NCBI RefSeq assembly: GCF_009914755.1
Contig: NC_060944.1
Strand: one strand, 5' to 3'
DNA length: 64,000 nucleotides
Origin: the human T2T-CHM13v2.0 reference genome, Homo sapiens
The notes under the pieces: generated by a model
Seen by the model: only the letters and a program-made list of their open reading frames with translations
Database searches by the model: none
What the model was told of the DNA's origin: nothing
Program-made: the position numbers and the translations under genes
Shown: positions 12,177 through 22,607 of the stretch, piece by piece
Numbering within the stretch: position 1 is the stretch's first letter
Layout of the letters: the number at the start of each line of letters is the position of its first letter

Positions 12177-14148
12177 GGTTGAGGCTTTCGGGCTTGGATG
12201 GCTGGGCGGTGCAGCCTAGTGTCCACCTGCAGCTGCCTTCTGTGTCAGTCCTCTGCCCCGCCAAGGCTGTAGAGCTTGTCCATGCGGGTAGCAGGATGCT
12301 CCAAGGAGCTGCGCACTGGCCACACCATGGTCCACCTCACTACTCCCCTCTGCAAGGCCTATTACAGGGGCCACTTAACGATCTGCCTTGCCCTGGGTGG
12401 CTGCACCAACCAGCCCTTCTACCGCATTGTGGCTGCTCACAGGTGTCCCAGGGATGGCCGTTTTGTAGAGCAGCTGGGCTCCTATGATCCATTGCCCAAC
12501 AGTCATAGAGAAAAACTTGCTGTCCTCAAACTGGACTGGATCCATCATTGGATTGGCTGTGGGGCCCACCTCTCTAAGCCTATGGAAAAGCTAGTGGGTC
12601 TTGCTGGGTTTTTCCCTGTGCATCCTATGATGATCAGAAGTGCCGTGAGACTATGAAGGAAATGGGCACCTGAAGTCCTCTTAGCTTCTCAGAAAACAGA
12701 TGCAGAGGCTACAGATATAGAGGCTACAGGAACACAAGTGAGCTGACTTCAGTGAGCATAGCAGTGAGAACAGGGTCAAGGTCCTCTTAAAATACTGTGC
12801 AGAGATCTTAATTTTGTTAGATTCAGAGGTCAATAAATGGAGTGTCCTGAGTCACCCTTGCTCTTCTGGCCTGGCCCGCACAGGGCCCAGGGAGAGATTT
12901 GTTCTTGTGTGACACAAGGCAGGGGCTAGGTATTAATTAGATTTTTGGACTTTGTCTTGGGAAAGACAGTGGCTACGGGAGGATTGGACTTTTGAGTTGG
13001 GCTCTGGGTCTCTTGGACACTTTACAATCTGCTGGGGTTTCCAATATTTACTGCTTCAAAGCCCCCAGCCAGACTGTTCATGTTCATATCTTCCATATCT
13101 TCATGTTCATCCCACAAGCGCAAGAACAGTTACCTTTCTTATTGATTTTGTAATTGGAGATTTATATTGTCTTGCTTAACACATATGATCAAATATACAA
13201 AAGGTAGATTTGTTGTGAAAATTGCTTTTTGGTTGTAATAACCTACCTTTTAAGAATGAGAAAGTGCTGGGCTTAAGGGAATTCAGAATGAATCAAGACT
13301 GAACCATTCAAATGTGGCTGCATTTTCTGCATGTATCATAGATGGGATCCTTCTGAGAATACTGGAATAGGGAATTATGACACCAAGCTAATTCAGCTGT
13401 GAACCTTATTCTTGTACTTTTCTTTCTTGCTGGTAATTTTATGGAGCAGGTAGAGAAAGCTGCTGTATGTTAGGATAAACTGTATACCAATAATTTTGAT
13501 GACCTATGGTGAGTGATACATTTTACTTCTTGTATCTTTTCCTTCCTCCCTTGATGCCAGTAATTTATAAGGGGTCTGTATAGTTCGAATGTATTTGAAT
13601 AACTTCAGTATACTTTAGCTCTACTTTTTGATTTGACTCAAAGAACCATCCATTGGTCTCAAGTATTCCATGTGTTTTAAAAGCCTGAAGTCAGTGAGAT
13701 AAAATTCAACATCAAGAATTTGAAGTAAAGTAACTTGAAAGAATGTAAAGAAAACATACGGACAGTGGCTTATGCCTTTAATCTCAGCACTTTGGAAGGC
13801 TGAGGAAGAAGGATTGCTGGAAGCCAGAGTTCAAGACCAGCCTGGGCAACCAGCAAGACCCCACTTCTACAAAATATTTTAAAAAATTAGCTGAGCATGG
13901 TGGTGCTTGCCTGTAGTTCCAGGTACTCAGGGGGCTGAGGCAGTAAGAACACTTGAGCCCAGGAGGCCTGGGTGACAGAGTAAGACCCTGTCTCAAAAAA
14001 AAAAAAAAAAGAAAAGAAAAAAGAAAAAAAAAGAGAAAACATTAGGTAGTATTAGGTATTTGGCTAGAGCATAATAATTAATTTGATTTCCTGGTTTTCA
14101 AAAATTTGAATTGCAATAAAAGGATATTTCAATGTGCTAAAAAGTAAT
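12177..14148 (+). pseudogene. MRPS16P2: Processed pseudogene of mitochondrial ribosomal protein S16 (MRPS16): 5'UTR, intronless CDS and long 3'UTR. The locus number P2 is inferred from memory.
   Basis: ATG at 12327 (cacaccATGG) gives [91 protein letters not shown], recognisably MRPS16. There is a premature TGA at 12654-12656, after which the frame continues RKWAPEVLLASQKTDAEATDIEATGT. The ancestral stop position reads CAA (12735-12737). AATAAA at 14115. TSD aataatacact(a/g)tct at 12162-12176 and 14149-14163. Confidence 0.93.
13758..14033 (+). mobile_element. AluJ-like element with an internal right-arm deletion, inside the retrocopy 3'UTR
   Basis: cagtggcttatgcctttaatctcagcactttgg..ggattgct..ttcaagaccagcctgggcaac..cccaggaggcctgggtgacagag; A-tail; TSD agaaaacat at 13749-13757 and 14034-14042. 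Confidence 0.9.
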
Positions 14149-14802
14149 AATAATACACTGTCTTGGATTTGCTATAAAACAATCCAGAAAAGAGTGGGTA
14201 GATAAATGAGGTGGCAAAATACTAAAACAATCACTGAAGCTGGGTGGTAGGTACATGGGGATTTGTTCTATTGTTTTCTCAACTTTGGTATATGTGTGAT
14301 CATTTGCATAATAGGTCTTATTATTAAATTTTATTTTATTATTAAGATAAACTAAAATAGTGTTTTATAATTAGACAATTTGTGGCTCATTTTAATAATT
14401 CCTTGATTGCAGGTTTTGATGCACAAAAATGTTTGGTTTACTTTGCTCTAAGACTTGGCCCAGATCTCACCACCTCCCTGAAATGAAGGGCCTTCCCTGA
14501 CTGCCCTCCTCAGAAAGAATCTCCTTGCTCTGAAGTTCCAGGAAGATCCTGGTCCTTGTGTCATTCTAGTATGTATCCAGTATAGCCTGGTACCATCAGC
14601 TGGCTTTTTGTGCCCTAAGGTCAGGACTTTGAAATCCAGCAGTCCTGGGTTTGACGCCCGAGTCCGCTGCTTATTGCTTGTGTGACGTTAGAGACATTCT
14701 TTAGCCTTGGTTGTTTCTCTGCAGATGGACATGGGATAGTGGTTGTTGTCAAGGACAATGAGTAGTAGGTGTCATCTCTTCCTCTAAAATGTCAGGGTTG
14801 GT

Positions 14803-15212
14803 GTTGCAGGTTGCATTGTGCCTCATAACTTCATATGTTCAAGCCCTAACCCCCAGTACCTTAGAATGTGCCCTTATTTGGAAATGAGACCACTGCACAT
14901 GTGCTAAGTTAAGATTATCCTGGAGTAGGGTGGGCTGTGATCCATATGACTGGTGTCCATCCATGTACGGGGGGAAATTTGGACCCAGTTAGGTATACAG
15001 GGAAAATCTCATGTGAACAGGAAGGCGGCTGTCCATAAGCCACGGAGTGAGGCTTGGCATGAATCCTCCCCTCACAGTCCTCAGAAGGAACTGACCCTGC
15101 CAATGCCCTGATTTTGGAGGCCTTGGTCTGGAGGCCTATGAGATGATGCGTTTCTACTGTTTCAGCTGCCCAGTTTGTGGAACTTTGTTATGGCAGACCT
15201 AGAAAACTCACA
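14803..15212 (+). mobile_element. MLT1B-like MaLR solo LTR
   Basis: ttcatatgttcaagccctaacccccagtaccttagaatgtg..tatttggaaat..cctcagaaggaac..aactttgttatggcagacctagaaaact. Confidence 0.85.
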
Positions 15213-15454
15213 GAGATGGGGTCCCTGTCTTTGTGTTCCCTTCAGCACCTGCTCAGTGCCTTCTTCTCATCCCAAAGGGAGGCCACAGCCGTTGTTCAGG
15301 ATGTTGATGTCACTGATGACAAGGAAGAGCTTCAGAACTGGGCTGTGAGCCCCCATTGCTGCGCTCCTGTCTGGGGTTCTCAGCTTGGCCACTCCTTTTT
15401 TGTCTGTCAGTATTACTCATGCATTAGGGTCAGCTCCCTCTCGCCCCTCACTCC

Positions 15455-16057
15455 ATGTGTTCATGTACACACAGACACCATGCATGTACTCATACACAGG
15501 TACACATACCACACATGTACTCTCACACATGTACACACACACCATGCATGTACTGTCATATATGTACACATATACACACCATGCATGTACTCTCACACAC
15601 ACATACAGTCTCACCATGCATGTACTCACACATGTACACAGTCTTTATGCATGTACTCTCACATACACATACACACCATACATGTACTCTCACACACATA
15701 CACAGTCTCACCACATATGTACTTTCGTACACATGTAAACATACACAACATATATGTACTCTCACACACATGCACACAGACTCACCAAACATGTACTCTT
15801 ACACACACGTACACATACACACCATACATGTACTCATAGCCTCACCACACGTATACTGTCACACACATGTAAACACACACCATGCGTGTACTCATGTACA
15901 TCTGCAGACCATACATGTACTCTCACACATACACATCATACATGCATGTGCACACACAGGTACAATGCATGCCATGCATGTACTCACATACATGTACACA
16001 CATGCATACCATACATGTACTCATGTACACACATACATATGTACACACATACACATG
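15455..16057. repeat. Degenerate CA-rich tandem repeat (catgtactctcacaca-like units)
   Basis: Recurring catgtactctcacacacat / ccatgcatgtact motifs over about 600 bp; this produces the spurious His/Thr/Tyr-rich ORFs. Confidence 0.9.
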
Positions 16058-16697
16058 ATTTTGTTTCTACTGCTCTAGAGCAACAATCTTGAACTATTTG
16101 CTAGAATGCTCCTGACCTAGTAAAATCTCAGGAAAGGCCGACAAGTCCTTACAAGTTATAGAGAAATGATGTATTAACCTATTGGCCTAAACAAAATTCT
16201 GTGAGCCCAGTTGTACAAATGTCTGGAAGGTTAGGTCTGTGTGAGTTAATTCTGAGAAAAAAATGAATTCCTGGATTGTAGAAATTGATGTTACAGAGCT
16301 TGGGGCTGGTTGGGAGTGGAAGTCCCAGGAATGTCATCTCCGGGGGCTCCAGATGGTTCCATTTCTCCAAGGGCCCTGACCCTGTGTCATTGCTGTGTCC
16401 AGCCCCTAAGGGGTGACTTTGACTTGGCAGAGTTCTTTGTGGTGGCTTTGGCAGCAGTGGTTCTAACAAATTCAGCCTGATGGTTTGAGGGAGCTCCAGT
16501 TCCTGGGTCCATTCTAACTTCCTAACTTTGCAAATTCCTGGAGTGGCCTAACTAACTAAAGGAACCACTCCTAACTACAAATGAGACCTCAAGAACAGGA
16601 AGGGGTGCAGAAACCCAGCTCCAGGGTAATGGTGAGCAGGTCAGCACAGGGGTCTTCAATGCCTGTGTACGTGGTTTTTGGCCAGTGGCCACAATCT

Positions 16698-16852
16698 CAT
16701 CCCTGAAAGTTTTGGGAGACCAGTTTATGTTACCTTGAAGAACTAGGGATTTCTTGTAACTATGGAAACATAAATCTCGGGATTAAAGAGTCAGAGAGAA
16801 AACTGCTATTGTTGCCTTGACAACCCATAAAACCCCAAGTCTTTGTGGTTAG
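16698..16852. promoter_or_regulatory. Duplicated module, copy A, with paired RFX X-box-like motifs
   Basis: GTAACTATGGAAAC (16756-16769) and GTTGCCTTGACAAC (16811-16824); alignable with 21105-21250. Confidence 0.5.
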
Positions 16853-19609
16853 GAGTAGAGATAATGTACCTTCAATCTTTTAAGCTAATTTACTTGTGGG
16901 AAGAAGTGGAAGTGGGCTTGGGCACCCTGTGGAAGCAGATGCTGCCCTGACTGGGTGTGTGTGTGTGGGTCTTCCCAGGCCCACCCTGCCGAGTGGCAGG
17001 TTTCAAATTCTGCCTAATAAATGGCCAAGATGTCCTGGAGAGTCTGTACCAAAGGACTGGCTCTCATGTTCCAAGGAGGCCCTTGTTTCTTGACTCTGTG
17101 GGTCTGTAAATGGAATGACTTCCATTCCTGTATTGCAGAAGTTATGTTTTGAGCTGTTTTTGGAGGGGATGTGGCTACCTGAAGGGAGCCGAAATCTTTT
17201 GTTACTGGGACAGATACTCAAAAGCTCTTTCCCTCTCCAAGTTCCTGCCCCTCACTTTTTGTAAGAAAGGCTGGGAATTTAAGGTGTGCAGCTTCAGATG
17301 AAACTAAGGGTTCTGAATGCATGGCACAGCTTCTGCACCTGAGGCACTGTCACCCTTGAACCTGCTGATAAATGCCCATAAGCACTCAGAGCTCGGGGCC
17401 ACATTTAGGTTTCATTTCTATGTTCCATCAAGAGATTATTTTTTCTTCCTTAATATCCTCAGCGGATATTGTGCCTCAACATGGCACAAAAATTTCTGAG
17501 TTGATGTCCAGATGAAATTTGCATGGAGAGTGTCCTCATGGCAACTCTGGGGAACCAGCGAGAGGCTTCCTGTTCCAACTAGAGAACAATGACATCGCGT
17601 CTTCTTGAGGCTGAATTGCCAACTCTCTTTGTTGGGGAAGATAGCAGTGATAGATGAAAGGAAAATTGGAGGAAAGTCTTTTTCAAAATCATTACATTGC
17701 CAAGTGTGGGATTTTGGATCCCTATTCAGTGGAGAGAACATTGAGTAAAATGAGAAAACAGCACACACAGAAATGCCTGTGATGTGGCTGATGAGAGGAG
17801 CAGGTGGAGCAGTTCCTACCCACCCTACCACTATCCTGGCCCTGTCTCCACAAGAGGTACCTTTCAATAGTTATCCAAATGTATTACATTCGGATGACGT
17901 GTTCAGACACCTGAAGAAGTTAACCAAATGGCCACTCCTCTTTGATGTGCTGAGGGTTGGTCTTCTAGCCCGACCCTAGCTTTCTCCCCATGATCTGAGA
18001 AAATGGCTTCCCCCTCTCAGGGATACTTCAGGAAAGCTCAGTGTGGAGAATTCGGGATTACACAAATTTATCAATCCAAGGACTCGTCATTAAAACACTG
18101 AAGGAGCCTTTTAGGGGAGATTTCACTGATTCAGCAGTTATTGGCTGCAACCTGCTCTGTTGGAAACACAGTGTTGGGGATGTGGCCAGGGACAACGCCG
18201 GTCCCCATCCTGGGGGAGCTTCAGCTTGGAAAGTAAATATCTTGACTGTGCTACAACCGTGATTTAATTCCCAAATGTGGACATTTCACGAATGTGTTAT
18301 AAGATGTGAAGTGTACCTTTATCACAGAACAAACAAGAAGAAGCCAACGAAGCCCGTGGGGCTACAGAGCTTTAAACTAGATTAAAAGCAATTATTTACT
18401 GAAATAGCCAATAACACACTCCCTGACCTACAAGGTGTCCGAGCCTCCTTTTCTTTTATCGGTTCAATTTCTTCATATTAAATGTGGACAAACACGGAGC
18501 ATTGTCATGGAAAATCAGCACACTGGTGAATTAGAAAATGATCTGAAAGCACTAAAAGTGCAGGCGATGAATCCATTTTGACATGTTGCTTTCCTGTTGA
18601 CTTTCCAGCCATTGAATTTGCTGCTGATCTGAAGTATATTTCATAAAAAGCTGCTTCACTAATAATGATCAGACAAGGATTTCTCTTATTAAGTCTTGGA
18701 TAACAAGGGAAGCTGTGTACGGGTTATTCTGGGTGATTTCTAACTGCTGTTTTTCACACATGAATGAGATTACATACATAAATTAATCATCACTGCCCCT
18801 GATGCATTTTGCAAGTTACCTTAAAAACTCATTTTAAAAAAGCATGCAGAAAGTCTCATCCATCATCCCCATCTGTTGCTTTTTCCCTCCATGGCCTGGC
18901 ATGGCTTCACACTGTGATATTCTTTTTTTGCTTCTGTTTAAAACAACCACCTTTAAAAAATAAGTTTTCAAACTAGGGATTAGGGAATTGATTACGTGGT
19001 GACATGGTGCTCCTTACATTTCAAGAAGTGGGAGGAAAGCGGGAATTTTAAAGCGGATGAATCACCGGGGGATTAGAGGGAGCCACAGCACCTAGAGATG
19101 TAAGCGTTCGTAGTGGATTGCATGGCTTGTTCTGAAACACTTATGCTTCTGCTCTTTGAAGGCCAAATGGTGGAGAATAACTTACTTAGCTGATGCACGG
19201 AGAGCAAAAAGAGGGATGATGGGTGACAGGGTGCAGATCGGTAAAGGAGCAGACGGATCCTCCTCTGACAAGTGGGTCAACCTTCTCCTTGCTTCTGAGG
19301 GAAATGCTAGGGAGGAGATACCTCAGGCTCTGGCTCAGTCCTTCCTGGGTCTTTTCCTGCTGGAGCCAAGTGCATATAGAATGGTTTTCAAGTTCCCAAG
19401 TGGAAATGTCATGTTGTCCAAGAAGCTGTTATGCACAAGACATTTCTTTTTCACAGTCATCCATTCCCTAGTTTGTTTTCCAAGAGCCCAGTAGATACTG
19501 GATAAAATTGTAGATGCTGGGGTCTCTGTGAGGGACCAAGACATCCTATGAATGAAGTGGTATTTGGAACAATATTGCTGCTGATCAGAGGGTCCAAGGG
19601 AGATGTAGG

Positions 19610-19860
19610 TGCCGACGTCACTGAAATCCTGATCTGGCCACGTTTGAACGAACTATTTAAGCCCGACCTCACTTCCTCAAGTTCCTAAATTCCTCTTGAC
19701 AACAAACAAGCCAGTCTGGGTTGAGTTTCTGTCACTACCAAAAAGATCTTGGCTAACAGGAAGTGAACTTTGGTTAAGTGAGAGCAGCTCCTGGCATGTG
19801 GTTAGGACACATTTGAGGGTCATTGTGGTTTTTACTGTCACTGTGGTAATTCCCCAGGGG
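19610..19860. promoter_or_regulatory. Candidate lymphoid/haematopoietic enhancer (ETS + RUNX cluster)
   Basis: CACTTCCT 19670-19677, ACAGGAAGTG 19756-19765, TGTGGTT 19797-19803 and 19824-19830, TGTGGTA 19842-19848, kappaB-like GGTAATTCCC 19845-19854, all in non-repeat sequence. Confidence 0.45.
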
Positions 19861-20485
19861 CGGTGACCCTCCACCTTTCACCATTCCGGAGCACAGCCTC
19901 CTTCACCAGCCTCAGGAAAGAAGCAGGCTCCTGCAGCAAAGTGGAAAGCTGCTCCTGCTTTCCTGGTCTAGGATCAGGACAGCTGAAAGTTCCAGGTTTT
20001 GTTTTTAGAAATAGTTTTGATCAAATCCTGAAATTTTCCAGGAGTTCACAGTTGGAAGAGGTTTCACCTGATAAGAAATCACTCCATTCCTCATGCTAAA
20101 GAAGTGACTGCTGATGCACTGTGGATTTTTGCTTCTCGGCGAGTGGTGGCTGGGGGAGGACTACAGAGTCATCTGTTGTTTTTGGATGTCTAGCACTCAG
20201 TGTCCCTTTTTCTGGTGACAGCATCTCTCTTTTCCCCTGGGGACCCATGGTATTCTCAATCTGTGAGGTTCAGGTGGACTGACCAACTTGCATAGACGGA
20301 AGCTGTGCTACAGCTCACACCTGCGTCATCCCGAGGAGGAAGAGCACTTTCCAGAGGGAGCAGGGAGAGGTTTGAGAATTCTGAGGGTTCCATGTCATCT
20401 CTGCTAAGATTGCTTATTGGCTGTTGAGGCTCCATTCACATGTATGTAGTGCCTGAATATTTCCACAACAAATGTGGAAGGATGA

Positions 20486-21027
20486 TGTGATAGATTGTTT
20501 GTAAAAATGGCCACGATTCTCCATCCCTCCTCTCTCATTCTCTTTGCAATGTGACCTTTCTGCCATCCTCCCCACCCCCATCAAGAAGTGAGGTCCACTT
20601 CTTTACCCCTTGAATCTAGCCTGGCTTGGGGCTTGCTTTGGCCAATGGAATATGGTGGAAGAGATGCTGAGCTTGTCCCAAGCCCAGGCCTCAAGCGCCC
20701 TTGTGGCTTCTGTCTGCTCACACTCTCCCTCCCTTGTCCCTGCCTCAGCAGCCTACTGCCTCTGTGTGGAAAAGCCTGGTATAGCTTAGTGAAGAATGGG
20801 GACCATGTGGAGGAGAGCCCGATTGTCCTGGATGAGTCCCTCCTGATCCAGCCTACAGCCAGATGCCCCCCAAACACGTGATGGAGCTCAGTCAGGTGAG
20901 CATGAGCAAGCCCAGCTGAGACCAGAAGAACCACCCAGCTGACCTCTACAGCAATGATAAATACTTTTCAGATTAAGCCACTAACTTCTGGGGTTATTTG
21001 TTACACAGCAAAAGCTAACTGTTACAG
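20486..21027 (+). mobile_element. MLT1F-like MaLR solo LTR
   Basis: tgtgatagattgt..aaaatggccac..ccatcaagaagtgaggtc..ccccttgaatct..aagccactaacttctggggttatttgttacacagcaaaagctaactg. Confidence 0.85.
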
Positions 21028-21104
21028 ACGTCATCAGTTAGGCTTATTAGGTACTAAATTGGTAGCTGTGGTAAAAAATTGTCTAAACATAATTTAACTC
21101 CACA

Positions 21105-21250
21105 CATCCCAGGAAGCTTTGGAAGGTCACTGACTTTGAAAGTGCAAGGTATTCTTGTTGCCATGGATACCCCCATTGAGACATTAGAGTGCAAAGAGAG
21201 AAACCTAGTGTTGCCTTGACAACAGGTTTGCAAATCCGAGTCTGGTAAAG
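21105..21250. promoter_or_regulatory. Duplicated module, copy B, with paired RFX X-box-like motifs
   Basis: GTTGCCATGGATAC (21157-21170) and GTTGCCTTGACAAC (21210-21223); alignable with 16698-16852. Confidence 0.5.
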
Positions 21251-21689
21251 CAAAAGACTACAAAGAACAGGAAGAATCAGGAGGAGGGGGAAATTAGCCT
21301 AAAGAAGCTTCCCTTCTCCCAGCAAAACAACAACTTGCCTCCATGCAGTTTGAGAGTCTGTTAGAAGAAGCACTGCCTGAATGGGGAGCTATAAAGTGAA
21401 CAACAGGAAGCCCTTCTCTTTTCATGGCCCATCTCCACAGCAGGAGAAAAGTCTCACAGCCAGGGAGCAGCATGCGGCACTGTCACTAAGTGCCTCCTTC
21501 AAGAGTTCACAATTTGCTCTCAGCCAAGCTTCATTCCAAGAATGAGAGTTTGCTCAAGCTGGAAGGGGTCTGAACAGCATCGAGTCCCTTACTCATCCTC
21601 TCCATCAGCTGGGAGGGAAGCTGAGGTCCTGAGAGGGAAGAGGGCTGCTCGCAGTCAGTCTAATGTGCCATTAGGATTTTAGTCTAGTC

Positions 21690-21920
21690 TAGTGGGTAAG
21701 CATTCAGGGCCCGGAGTCAGACAGACCTGAGTACAAGTCCTAGTGACACCATTTACTAGCTGTGTGACATTCTGCAAACCAGCTGACCTCGTAAACTCTT
21801 TCTGTAAGATGAGGATCTCACTAATGTCAGCCTCAGAGGGTGGTGAGAACTCAGTGAACTAATGCATGAGAAGCACTTACACAGTGTCTAACCTGCAATG
21901 AGCTTGCAATAAATTGCGTG
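21690..21920 (+). mobile_element. MIR SINE
   Basis: ggagtcagacagacctgagtacaagtcc..ccatttactagctgtgtgac..tctgtaagatgagg..gcacttacacagtg..caataaat. Confidence 0.85.
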
Positions 21921-22479
21921 TTATTCTTTCTACTATGATCATGTCACTCTGCCTCTACTCTTCAGACTCATTGAAGTAGTACCAAGGAGGCTCAACTGGA
22001 TCCAGAATCTCCCTCGGGAGGCTTGGTGGTCCATTTTCAGATGCCCTGTGTCATTTTCTGTATCATACAATTGGATGTCACAGTTTCTAATTTTCAAAGC
22101 CATTGCATTTTCTATTTCCTCTTCCCTACAGCTTGGCTGGGCAGGCAGGTGGGGCAACACTAGCTTCATTTTTTTTTTTTCACTTTGTCAGGGAGGAAAT
22201 TGAACCCCGGGGAGGTTTGACGATCTGCCCAAAGTCCCTGGGAAGTTTCCGGCCGTTCTAGGGCTAAAGCTCAGCTCTCTCGACTGCATCTCCTTCCCAC
22301 CCCCATGTGGCTACCCCCATAGAATGGCGCATCCACGTAGATGGCCCAGATGTTGGGTTTAAGGGAGAGAGAGAAAGGAAGTTTGGGGCATCTGTTTATG
22401 AGAGAAAATCGTCAGCCGTGCGTGGAAATCTTATGCATAGCAAATAAATGATGGGCAAATACCCACTTGCATATTCAGA

Positions 22480-22607
22480 GGCACATTTCAGATGTGAACA
22501 TCCTGTCTCACCAAAACAACCCCAGCTAAGAAGTTCCGTCGGGGGTGGAGGACTTTTTCCAAGCCTTTGTTTCTGTGGAGTCTCTGTGCATGGCCTGCTG
22601 TGATGAG
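22480..22607 (+). other. Candidate non-coding first exon (possible distal 5' exon of a downstream gene such as ZNF831); start uncertain
   Basis: Donor GAG|GTAGGG after 22607 in unique sequence; upstream AGGAAGT (ETS), octamer-like TTGCATAT and E-box CAGATG. Confidence 0.3.

Larger units (their letters stand above)
9480..14330 (+). mobile_element. Old L1 3' region (L1ME/L1MC-type) hosting an Alu and the MRPS16 retrocopy
   Basis: accaaatgtccatcaatagtg..aaactatggta.. and L1 3'UTR-like text that resumes after 14163 (ggatttgct..aaaacaatccag..gaagctgggtggtaggtacatggg). Confidence 0.7.

Noticed and set aside
12276-12656. 126-aa ORF as a functional MRPS16 gene
   Set aside because: Intronless, TSD-flanked, premature stop and many CpG-type missense changes; it is a retrocopy. 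The real start corresponds to ATG 12327.
15177-16092. His/Thr/Tyr/Met-rich ORFs up to 220 aa
   Set aside because: Translations of the CA-rich low-complexity repeat
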